DNA of 64,000 nucleotides from Octopus vulgaris (Eukaryota). The stretch's first letter is position 1, and each line of letters begins with the position of its first letter. Both the position numbers and the translations under genes were made by a program. Positions 50,546 to 62,626 of the stretch are shown here, piece by piece. The notes under the pieces were generated by a model. That model made no database searches and was not told where the DNA came from. It saw nothing but the letters and a program-made list of their open reading frames with translations. The DNA lies in assembly GCA_951406725.2 (NCBI GenBank), contig OX597814.1, positions 209,374,001 to 209,438,000 of the forward strand. The letters run 5' to 3'.

Positions 50546-51300
50546 ATATAATCGACTTAATCCCTTTGTCTGTCCTTGTTTGTCACCTCTATGTTTAGCC
50601 CCTTGTGGGCAATAAAGAAATAAGAAACGTTAGCAAGTACCAGTTACGCACTGGGGTCGATGTAATCAACTTAATCCGTTTGTCTGTCCTTGTTCGTCCC
50701 CTCTGTGTTTAGCCCCTTGTGGGTAATAAAGAAATAGGTATTTCGTCTGCCGTTACGTTCTGAGTTCAAATTCCGCCGAGGTCGACTTTGCCTTTCATCC
50801 TTTCGGGGTCAATTAAATAAGTACCAGTTACACACTGGGGTTGATATAATCGACTTAATCCCTTTGTCCTTGTTTGTCCTCTCTGTGTTTAGCCCCTTGT
50901 GGGTAGTAACGAAATAGGTATTTCGTCTGCTGTTAAGTTGTGAGTTCAAATTCCGCCGAGGTCGACTTTGCCTTTTATCCTTTCGGGGTCGATAAATTAA
51001 GTACCATAATTCGTACTGGGGTTGATATAATCGACTTAATCCCTTTGTCTGTCCTTCTTTATCTCTTCTATGTCTATCCCCTTGCGGGCAGTAAAAAGAT
51101 AAGAAACGTTAGCACGCCGGGCGAAATGCTTAGCAGTATTTCGTCTCCTGTTACGTTGTGAGTTCGAATTCCGCCGTGGTCGACTTTGCCTTTCATCCTT
51201 TCGGGGTCGATAAATTAGTACCAGAATTCGTACTGGGGTAGATCTAATCGACTGATCCCCTCCCCAAAACATTTCGGGCCTTAATGCCTAGAATAGAAAA
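50546..51300 (+). mobile_element. Head-to-tail multimer of SINE family B bodies
   Basis: Tail block TAATC-ACTTAATCC-TTTGTC...CCCCTTG-GGG-A-TAA occurs four times (~50546, 50660, 50844, 51026). Body block GTATTTCGTCT...CCTTTCGGGGTC occurs three times (~50737, 50917, 51137). Confidence 0.9.
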
Positions 51301-51723
51301 GATTACTGTTTATGTTTTCTCTACATGTATACATAATCAATGTTCCTAAAGCTTTTTAATCTCTGCTGTTTCCGTACTCCTTCTGAGATTGTTTACTGTA
51401 TTCATATATTCTTCCGTCTTTCTACATAACTGTCTGTGTCTCACCTTCTCTTCTTCACACGTATTATATATTTATTTCTCTATCTCACCCACCACTCTCT
51501 TTCTCTCTCTCTCTCCCTCTCTTTCATTCTCGGTAATGCATTTTCTGCCGTTCAGTGCTTCTACTGATTTTTCTTTCTAAAACTGTCGATAAGTTTGTCA
51601 CGCTATATCACACACAATTGAAGTACATCCAGGCCAAACTCACCACCTACAAATGCAACAATTATTTCTCGATCTGTTTTGTTTGAAAATACTTGAACCA
51701 TGACGAAACCTTTGGTTACTGCA

Positions 51724-51739
51724 ACACACAAACACACAC

Positions 51740-51799
<60 letters not shown>

Positions 51800-51963
51800 G
51801 TATATATGTATATATATATATATATATACACACATATAAGTATGTATATAAATGTGTTTGAGTTTTTATATACCTATGTAAATATATGTGCATATGTATA
51901 CACACACACACATATATATATGTATATATTTAAGTGTGTGTGTGTGTATGTGTGTGTGTGTGT
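51724..51963. repeat. (TA)n/(TG)n/(CA)n mixed tract
   Basis: Directly visible. Confidence 0.95.
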
Positions 51964-52058
51964 TTTAAAACTATTGTATGGTTATCGGCTATTAGATGCT
52001 GCCATAGAGTAGGGAGTCTTCTTTTCTGGATATACAAGTGGGAGTCCGTAAATATCCG

Positions 52059-52177
52059 TACCTGAAGACGTGCAGATAAACAGTAGTTATTGGATCATAC
52101 TAATACAATAATATGCATACCATGTGTAACACTCAGCAATTACTAGCTGAACCTGATGCGCAGAAACAATCGTAGTG
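52059..52177 (+). ncRNA. Hammerhead ribozyme motif with ~94-nt stem II region
   Basis: TAC-CTGAAGA(52062-52068)-CGTGCAG...CTGATGCG-CA-GAAA(52163)-CAATCGT-A-GTG. Stem III ACAATCGT is one change from a palindrome. GUA triplet; AATAAA ~10 nt downstream. Confidence 0.6.
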
Positions 52178-52329
52178 AGTTGGAATAAAGACTCTTCATT
52201 CTATCTTCTTCTGTTAGTTTAAAGTTACAATGTAAGGATTAGAAATTAATGCCTAAGACATTTACTCGTTGCTTTATCCACCACTCTTTGACAATCTTCT
52301 TCCCTTATCTAATAATGACATTAATAAAC

Positions 52330-52520
52330 GCCTCTAATTTAGGCACTAGGCGAGCAATTTTGAGAGGTGAGCTTAATCGATACTGTCAACCAGTTTCTTT
52401 ATCGATACTTTATCAGTATCAGAGAATGAAAGGGAAAGTTGATGCCGACAGATGTGAACTCAGAATGTAGAGAGTCGGAACAAGTACCGCAATATACGAT
52501 ACAACTAACCAACCCGCCAC
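52330..52520 (-). mobile_element. SINE family B, degenerate
   Basis: TACTTTATC...ATGAAAGG-AAAGTTGA...TGAACTCAGAATGTA. Confidence 0.6.
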
Positions 52521-52702
52521 CCAACAACTAAACAACCACCCAACCAACCAATCATCATTTGCCAATCTTATGTCGTTATCTAATAATAATAATAATAATA
52601 ATGATAATAATAATAATAACTATAAGTTAATATTTGAGAGATGTTTTTGTATTGTGCAAGTATTAACGCGTATAAAACGAAGCCATTTTGTTGTGATGTT
52701 TT

Positions 52703-52704
<2 letters not shown>

Positions 52705-52758
<54 letters not shown>

Positions 52759-52780
52759 TAATAATAATAATAATAATAAT
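52705..52780. repeat. (AAT)n microsatellite
   Basis: Directly visible. Confidence 0.97.
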
Positions 52781-53485
52781 GTATCAAAAATATTTCTTTT
52801 ATGAATTTTATCTCCTTTCATCGATAGAACGTTGCTGTTTTGATTCTTTACTTCAGATGAAATTGTAAAAAATAAATAAAAAATAAATGAACGAAACGTT
52901 TTTTTTTCTGATTTCAATACCTTTTTCGTCCCGTATTTTGTTTTTCGGTATTTATATAGAAATGTTATTTGTTTATTTTATTGATCAGACATTTCACTAT
53001 AATTTCCCCTCTACTCTAGTTCATTTTTTTTTCATCTCTATTTCTTTACTTTTCTTCTTTTTCATTATCTTGCTATGAAAACTACTTTAAGCTTTCATTC
53101 ATTGAATTGCTTTTTTCTCTGTCACTCTCTCACTTTTTTCTCTTTCTCTCATCCCCACCCCCGTGTCTCCCTTCATATCATTCAGTATCATTCTCTTACA
53201 CTGTCCTCCCACCTCAACTTTTAGTAGCACCATCATTTGTCCTATGCCATCTTTGTATGACACAGTAGCAATCCATCTCAGAAGGTTTCTTCTCTTCTTA
53301 ACTCTATTAAGATGGCTTTCACAACATGATCTCCAATTCTTTCCACACAGCCTATCCCTTTTCTCTTTCTTGCTCTATCTCTATCGTTATGTCTTTCATT
53401 TTGTACCCAACATCGTTTCCCTTCCTATCAAACACGTTTAATTTTTTTCACTCAGTTTCACTTTTTTTCTTTGATTTGTTTACCG

Positions 53486-53574
<89 letters not shown>

Positions 53575-53619
53575 CATTATTATTATTATTATTATTATTA
53601 CTATTACTATTACTATTAC

Positions 53620-53665
<46 letters not shown>

Positions 53666-53697
53666 GTTGTTGTTGCTGTTGTTGCTGTTGCTGTTTT
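53486..53697. repeat. (ATT)n with (ACTATT)/(GTT/GCT) variants
   Basis: Directly visible. Confidence 0.98.
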
Positions 53698-54287
53698 TGT
53701 CATTGTTATGTTTTTGCGATTCGATTATTTTTGCAACCAAGGTGACATTATCCTTTCGATGTTACGTGCCTATTCAGTATTTAATAAATGAGAGCAAACG
53801 CGTAGCCTTTCCGCTTGACAGCAATGTAATCAATCGCTCATAATTTAATATTAGAATTGAATTTTCCCACCACCTTCTATACAACTTCTCTCTCCTTACA
53901 AAAATGTCCTTGTCATTCATTTTGGGCTGACTGAATTCTCATTAACCATGTTAATATTTTTCTCTGCAGTATCTCGAGATTTTTCTCCTTTCCAATTGCA
54001 AGTAAAAAAAAATAATTGTACAAGAAACTATCCAGTTTTTGCTTCTTTCTACATTTTTTCTAATCTTTTTTTTATTGCTTTAATACCGATAAGATGTAGA
54101 ACCGTTCGGTTTTGCAAGTTATTATTTATCATTTCTTTTATTTGTTGATCTTATTTTCCCTACTAATTTACAAGTAGAAAAAAAAAGAGGTTTTTCAGGC
54201 TTTACACCTCAGAATATTCATACTTTTTCCCTCTTTATTTTCGTATCAAACTGATGCATGAATACACTAACAAGAAAAACGGTGATG

Positions 54288-54365
54288 CATATATGCATAC
54301 ATACATACATGCATACATACATACATACATGCATGCATGCATACATACATACATACATACATACA

Positions 54366-54396
<31 letters not shown>

Positions 54397-54401
54397 GCAT
54401 A
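54288..54401. repeat. (CATA)n microsatellite
   Basis: Directly visible. Confidence 0.97.
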
Positions 54402-57286
54402 CGAAGAACCGCAATAAAAAAAGTTTGTTTTATTGATAAATTTAATGTAAGGAAAGGAAGAGAGCATCAGGTTATTCATAATAGATTAACAGCATTATCT
54501 GATCAGTTCTGTTTAATCACAGCTATTGATTTAATATAACCCCTAAACGGAATTAAAGTATTTTCATTAAATCAAATCACAATGGATTTTAAGAACCGAA
54601 TCTAACATAAAATCTTTTTTCATACTTTAACACATAACCCGCAATGAAAGTGATTAGACGGGTCCTTAAGCGATTTTAAATCAGTTATGTCAAAATCAGC
54701 CCATTCGGAAGGAAGCAAGCATAATCTATAGTCTGTTTTCGTACTGGGAATTAATCACAATCGCATGGATTGTATGAAACGATGTTAAGAGATTTTGTTT
54801 TCGTAAGGTTGATGGGAATAGGCATTATTATTTTTTATGGGTATTAACATAAAGAGAAGTGAAGTATCTCTATGTAGAAGTCGAAAGCTAGTGGCCACCT
54901 TAGTTCGGCAAGTACATACCAGTGAATTAAACCAATTTCCACTGTTTTCGAGCTAAGAATCTCTCGTAGAGGACAGTAGTTCCACTTGTGGTAGTGAATG
55001 TCTGTGAATGAGTAGATTAATGTAAAATTAACTGTCGAGCACACGTTTGCCATCGATAGAAAATTTTGATACGAAACAGATTTGGAATCCAATGGCGGTC
55101 AGGAAACAAAAGGAACTAAATGAATGTATTTGAATCAAATACTGTAACTGACCGTTACAATATTTAAAGAAGAGTTGAACTGAAGACTAAGTTAATACAT
55201 TACATCCGTTTTACGGTCGATACCCAAGGCCCATTCCGGATAAAAGCATCTAGTTCACAAATTCAATAAAATGCTGATAACAGGATACAGACAACGATCT
55301 CTTGACCTGTTGTCTGATATCCTCCTTTTTTCACCACCCACTTTCTCACCTCGTTTATAAAAGAAAATAAAAACAGAAACAAAATGATTTAATTTCTTTA
55401 AAAGATTTCGCCTTTTCCAAATAATCCAGACACATCTTCTATGTGCATAAAAGGTTAAATGGAAGTCGTTGGTTGTTCCAGTCGGCATTAAAATTATCGT
55501 TCTTATTTTAGATCAAATCCCGCCATGGTTATCTTTGCTCAACATCCTCTTTAAGTCGATGACATTACGTATCTGTCAAGTACTGACTGTAGTCGTTAAT
55601 TTAGCCTTGATTGAATAACATTTACTGGAGTGGATACTATAGTTCCGTAATCGTTCGTTTTAGGAAGGGCGCAAGTTAAATTTATCCGGTAGGATTCGAT
55701 TTCAGCTGTATCTTTTAGGTTAAAAATCATGCTTAGGTTAATATTTACTGATCCGAGGGTCAAGAAAATATACATCAGTAATATTCTGTTGTTATGCAGG
55801 AGATTCAGTCGGCTTTATGTCTTTCTCCTAAAATGTCGGATCTTATCCAAATGAGTAAACTGTTGTAAGGCTAAATGACTGGTAGAAACAATACAGCAAC
55901 AGACGACATACAGTGTAGCATATAGCGAGGTCCTTTGCATCTAAGTTCAAATCACGCTAAAGTTAAAACTGTATTACGTATTAAATCAACTCTAAACCTC
56001 GTTTAAAAAAGTCTGTACTTTATGTGAAACTTAGTAGTATTAATTCATTTCATAGACTCCACGGTCTATAAACACACGTTGTTTAAACTTGTATGTACGA
56101 TATACATTTGAGAATATGGTATAGTTTTTCGTATCGTAAAGAGGAGTTTAGTGTGGGAATTCGTATACCCACACAGCAACATGTCTCAGGAGATATGTAT
56201 TTAATATGTGAATATAATGTACAAATACGAATTTTTTTCATGTAATGCGAAGTCATATGCTCCGGGCTGAATAGTTTCCAGTAATTAGCTCTATTTCTTG
56301 GTTTTGTCGATTATGATTCTGAATTCCCGTGGGGCAAACTTTGCTCTTTATCCATCGGAGTTGATAAAATAAGTACCAGTAATTTGCTGAAAATTTAACG
56401 TAGTTATGTATAATCCTCATAGGTAAAATGTGTGTGTGTGTGTGTGTGTGTGTATCTTAAAAATAAGTCAATATTTACTTCTCACAAAATAATTCACTTC
56501 ACAAACACTGAAACTTTCATCAAATATTTTCTGCTGCGAAGCTTTCGTAAAAATTGTTGTAACGTTTTATCACTTGAAAGCCGCATCGTGTTAAGAACAC
56601 TCCGATGAGAGAGTATTTAAACCATTTTAAGTCCATTTAATAGCATCAATTTAGCGATGAAAAGGTAAACAATTTTATTTTCATTTTTACAACATTAAAT
56701 GTACTCAGGTGTTAGATAATGTTGTTATGAAGACCAGTGTGTTTGTAGCCTTCGGGTAAACATTTATTGCCACTTAAATGGAAAGCTTCTTTACAGTTAA
56801 ATGTGTTCATTATGATAAAATTGCAAGCACTGGGAGTCTATGAGATTTTTTCCTTGCCAAAAATTACAGATAGTCGAATAGAAAGCAACTGATAAGAATT
56901 TTTGCAATATATATCTTTCGTTTGGAAATGTTTGGTTTGGTTTGATTTTGAAGATGTTTCTATACGTCTCTCTGAAATTCCAATTCTTTCTTTGGTTGCA
57001 GTATTTTAGAGTGTACATTGTTGCCGAGATAAAAAAAAAGACGAAAGAGAGAAAGAGAAAGAGAGAGAGAGAGAGAGAGAGAAGGAGACACATATACTGA
57101 CTTGCGAAAGCATCTCATAGGATACAAACATTTCCAAAACAGTTATTTGTAAGATATCGTATACTTGTCTTAATGTTTGTATTCGGCGCTCCCATCAAAA
57201 CAACACGTTTGCTTTCTTCTTACATAGGTGACCGATGTTCAATAAAAGCGACGCCATTGACAGAAATAGTCTACCAAAGGCATATG

Positions 57287-57287
<1 letters not shown>

Positions 57288-57373
<86 letters not shown>

Positions 57374-57392
57374 GTCTCTCTCTCTATATATA
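57288..57392. repeat. (TC)n(TA)n microsatellite
   Basis: Directly visible. Confidence 0.97.
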
Positions 57393-58575
57393 TTAAAAAG
57401 GGATGTATTGCATGGAGCTTTGCCTATTTCTACATAAAGGAAAATAAAACAAAATAAATAAATATATAAATATATAAATAACTAAATCGTTCAAATTGAT
57501 AACATTTCATGAAAAGGTACGACTTATAATTCTATACATACATTTCTTTCTCTCAATAATCTCACTTTCATATTCGCATTGGAACTCCGTTGAGATTTGT
57601 TCTACTGAGTGGTAGACTGGTAATTATGAATCGAATTATAGACGTAACGGTATAAGTCATGTCTGATCTAATATGTAATAGTAGTCATAGCAAAACTAGT
57701 ATGAAATATGCAAAAGTGAAATGACCAACTAAAGAGGACATAGAAGTTTCCACTTTATTCAAATTTAACAACATAAATAATGTACTGGCATTTACCTTGC
57801 GAATTCACAGGTAAATAGTATTAGATGATATGGCGTATTGTAGTCTGTGACACATATATATAGTATATAGTATTGCATATATGTTAACAGAGCTACCTAG
57901 AATATTTATTTTGCCTAGAAAGATATGACTTTAACTAATAAAATAACAGTTAGTCTAGTCCATTATACATTCGACCATTTCAACTCTAGTAAAAAGCATT
58001 ACAAGCAAGCAACAACGACAACAAAATAACTGATATGTTTTCATTCCAACTAATAATTTTCTCTGACATTAGTAACATGACATATTTTGGGGGAAATTAA
58101 ATTAACCCAAATAATTGAAAAGAACTTATTTCCATCACGTCTAATGAATGAAAAACGAAGTTAACTTCGGAACTATATGCCAGAAGTTTATTGTTTTAAC
58201 ACTTACACTGTCTATTAATTTTGACATAGCAACAACACTGATATTGATAATTTTCCATATGGACCACAAGGGTTCAGGCACAAATACAAAACATGCCATA
58301 CAATACAGGTTATAAGATAGCTGGAATACACATCTATTCGCATACACACAAAGGCAAACATGCACACATATAAGAAGAATGATTAAAAAGTTCCCTTTAC
58401 TACTAATATAAACTGGTTAACAACTGAATTTAGTTGAGGACAGTCTCATCTCACTTCTCTTACTCTCCCTGTCTCTCTCACCTGACACCACCTGAACCCA
58501 TCTTCATACATTTCCCTTTCCCGCTGCATTCATTAAATATTCTGAATACTCGTTCTTTTCCACAAGTAAAGATGT

Positions 58576-58624
<49 letters not shown>

Positions 58625-58860
58625 TATTATTTGAGGGAATAAAATCCAAACTTACAAGGAAAAAGAATTCAATTTAGAAATACAAAATCAAATTCCACGC
58701 AATATGATATATATATATCAAATATTAGAAAAAACCCACCTTTTATCAATTCAAAATGTATAATTAAATTACACCATCTAGAAAATTACATATAATAGAA
58801 AAGTTAAAATTAAAATAACAATTAAAAAATAAAGATTAAGTAAATTACAAAAATAATATA
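58625..58860. mobile_element. AT-rich repeat related to 28255-28400, between (TA)n tracts
   Basis: GGGAATAAAATCCAAACTTACAAGGAAAAA versus GGGAATAAATCCAAATTTACAGGGAAAAA; ATTAGA-A-AAA-CCAC is shared. Confidence 0.55.
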
Positions 58861-59142
58861 ATGTATATAATAATGTATATATATATATATATATATATAT
58901 TATATTTTACTTCTTATGATAAATGCTTTATATGGAGTGTATATCACTGAATTACTTATTATGTAGAAAGAATGCTTCTTAAACTTCTTTTACTTATATT
59001 TTAAAATAACCGTTCGCCGTATCGATTTTAGTTTATACGCATCTAGACTCAACAACAACATCTTAGCATGTGCTTATCTTTCATAAAGATAATATGTATA
59101 TACGAATATGTCATGTGACACTTACTCCATCAAGTCTTCTGT

Positions 59143-59788
<646 letters not shown>

Positions 59789-60151
59789 TTTTCTTGACGT
59801 ATTCTTTATTCGCGCTGAGGAAAATAGTAATATGTAATTAATTTGATTATAATTAAGCTAATTTCTAATTTTTCTACCATGTTATTTACATGTTAAAATT
59901 GCTGTCTGAAACGATCGTATGCATGGAGTAAATTATTTTCAAACTTTCAACATTTTCTCTTCTCCTCTCCATCTTCAACGGCTTGTTGAGTTTCTATAGG
60001 ATGTTTGTTCTATAAATTCTCATAACACACCTTGTAGCAATTTCATATTCGCAAAATTCTTACAACAGTAAGCTACCAATGGTATATGAAGAATCTTTAT
60101 TAGAAATCGACCTTTGGACCTCTCTAAACTAAAAGATGAAATAAACTCAAA

Positions 60152-60208
<57 letters not shown>

Positions 60209-60239
60209 CACAGGCACACAGACACACACGAACATATAT

Positions 60240-60410
60240 ACGCAGGAGTGGCTGTGTGGTAAGAAGCATGCTTTCCAACCACATGGTTCCAGGTTCAGGT
60301 CCACTGCGTAGCACCTTCGGCAAGTGTCTTCTACTATAGCCTCGAGCTGATCAAAGCCTTTGTGAATGGATTTGGTAGACGGAAACCTGAAAGAAGCCTG
60401 TCGCATGTAT
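60240..60410 (+). mobile_element. SINE family A 5' half (3' half at ~61160-61377)
   Basis: CGCAGGAGTGGCTGTGTGGTAAG...GAAAGAAGCCTGTCG. The matching 3' half CGCTTGAC-AC-GATG-TGGTGT...GAAACAAGTA is displaced ~750 bp by insertions into the internal (TA)n. Confidence 0.85.
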
Positions 60411-60539
60411 ATATATATATATATATAACTTTAAATAATAAGGGTAAAAAATTGAAGTGTCTTCTACTATAGCCTCGAGCTGATCAAAGCCTTTGTGAAT
60501 GGATTTGGTAGACGGAAACTGAAAGAAGCCTGTCGCATG

Positions 60540-60588
<49 letters not shown>

Positions 60589-60616
60589 CTTTAAATAATA
60601 AGGGTAAAAAATTGAA
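60322..60616. repeat. Tandem duplication of ~135-160 bp spanning SINE + flank
   Basis: AAGTGTCTTCTACTATAGCCTCGAGCTGATC...(TA)n-ACTTTAAATAATAAGGGTAAAAAATTGAA occurs twice. Confidence 0.9.
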
Positions 60617-60694
60617 TATTAATTTGATTAATATCAATTTGAACTAGTGGCCTAGCATATTGAAAAAAATCTGAAGATTCAGAAAAATTATATT

Positions 60695-60922
60695 ACATAT
60701 ATATAAGAGGAATGGCCACTAAGAAAAGAATGCTCTCAAGAAAATTCAGCAAACGCCAGATCGTAAACGAGCAAGACAAATGAAAAGATACAAAATATAA
60801 CGATTAGTCGTATACCAGCTTTCATTGCTACCACTTACATAATTACATACGTAAATGTGTAAGTTTGCTGAATTTTTTTGAGAACAATCTTTTCCTAGTG
60901 GTCACTCCTATTATATATATGT
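60695..60922. repeat. Imperfect ~60-bp inverted repeat
   Basis: ACATATATATAA-AGGA-TG-CCACTA-GAAAAGA-TG-TCTCAA-AAAATTCAGCAAAC (60695-60754) versus its reverse complement at 60863-60922. Confidence 0.85.
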
Positions 60923-60929
60923 CACCGTC

Positions 60930-61133
60930 ACCGTGACATCACTGGTCACATTGTTTTAGCCTTCAAATGACGCCACCCCACTGGCTAAGCGAGCAGGCCA
61001 ACAAAAGAAAGACTGAGAGAAAGTTGTGGCAAAAGAGTACAGCAGGGATCGCCACCAGCCACTGCTGGGAATCGAAACAGCGATCCTACAACCGCGAGTC
61101 CGCTGCCCTAACCACTTGGCCATTGCACCTGCA
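60930..61133 (-). mobile_element. SINE family D variant (same head, internal deletion, different tail)
   Basis: GCAATGGCCAAGTGGTTAGGGCAGCGGACTCGCGGT...TTTCGATTCCCAG and GATCCCTGCTGTACTCTTT-CCACAACTTTCTCTCA are shared with 27273-27455. Confidence 0.85.
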
Positions 61134-61159
61134 CAATATATATATATACTCATATATAC

Positions 61160-61374
61160 ATGTATATATTTGTATGTGTCTGTGTTTGCTCTGCCTCTTC
61201 CATCGCTTGACGACAGATGATGGTGTATTTATGTCCCTGTAATATAACGGTTCAGCAAAAGTGACCGTTAGAATAAGTACTAGGCTTACAAAGAATAAGT
61301 CCTGGGGTTGATTTGTTCGACTAAAAAGATGGTGCTCGAGCATGGCAGTAGTAAAATGAATGAAACAAGTATAA

Positions 61375-61377
<3 letters not shown>
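61160..61377 (+). mobile_element. SINE family A 3' half
   Basis: AGAATAAGTACTAGGCTTACAAAGAATAAGTCCTGGGGT...GGTGCTC-AGCATGGC. Confidence 0.85.
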
Positions 61378-61417
<40 letters not shown>

Positions 61418-61639
61418 TACCTCCCTCGTCAGTCATTAAGATAAGTGCTTCTCGTGACTATGAGTTGTTTTGACTCTTATTTCTAGCGATACTGGTGGTA
61501 ACTAGTGCCCTTAGTCAACATATATATGTGTGTGTGTGTGTGGGGGGTATATTGATACAAGCTAGTAATTTTAGGGAGCGGGTAACTCGATTACATTCAC
61601 CAAAATGTTTTGCGTGGTAACAATTCTATTAGCTTGTCT

Positions 61640-61677
61640 TAATAATAATAATAATAATAATGATAATAATAATAATA

Positions 61678-61712
<35 letters not shown>

Positions 61713-61745
61713 TAATAATAAATAATGATAAGAATAATGATACTA

Positions 61746-61826
<81 letters not shown>
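61640..61826. repeat. (AAT)n microsatellite
   Basis: Directly visible. Confidence 0.97.
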
Positions 61827-61827
<1 letters not shown>

Positions 61828-62572
61828 TATCAAAGTTTGGTATAAGGCCAGTAATCTTAGGGGAAAGGGAACGTTTCCAAATTTACAGTTAGAGTAGAAA
61901 AGTGTTTTGGTGATCATTCATTATTCATTCACACCAGATGCACAACACACTTTTCTACTGGTGATCTGTGATTCATTTGTTAGACAGTCAGGTCTTTGGA
62001 CTGTTCGGCGCCTAGTGTTGGTACTTTTCATACTGCCACCAGCATACAGTCAAGGCGGCGCTGCATTCCGCCACGTTCGGATGGTGCTTTTTACGTGCTG
62101 AAAGGAAGCAACAGAAACTGTAACAAACACGTTTGATAAAACCTCATTTAGTTCGAATAGTGACGTCACGATCCGCCTCCATACAAACATTTTCCAATTA
62201 TACAAATTGCCAAATTTCCATAGAAGCTTTTTGTATTAATGAATGGATTGTAATGTCTAAGTATCCATCACTTTACAAATTATTCAGAAGATATAAGAAT
62301 ATTTTGACAACTTCAAATCTGGCGCCATTCACAATGATTTTTGGCTCAATGTTGCACTGGAATGAATATTACTGAGAACCGACTCGTTATTACTTGTACG
62401 TCTTTCTCAACGTTAGCAACACTATCAGCAGTTCTCGGTTCAATATTTCGAACCGCTCAGACTTGCTGTTAAATATTTCATCATTCGGTACTTGCAGCTC
62501 GAATTTTCCCAACAACTAGTTTGTAACAAAATGTCACATTCGGGACTATAATAATAGATTACAAATAACTAA

Positions 62573-62575
<3 letters not shown>

Positions 62576-62621
<46 letters not shown>

Positions 62622-62626
62622 TAATA
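62576..62626. repeat. (AAT)n microsatellite
   Basis: Directly visible. Confidence 0.95.

Noticed and set aside
50546-51300. CRISPR-like repeat array
   Set aside because: Units are ~180-bp SINE pieces with no unique spacers; eukaryotic context with no cas genes.
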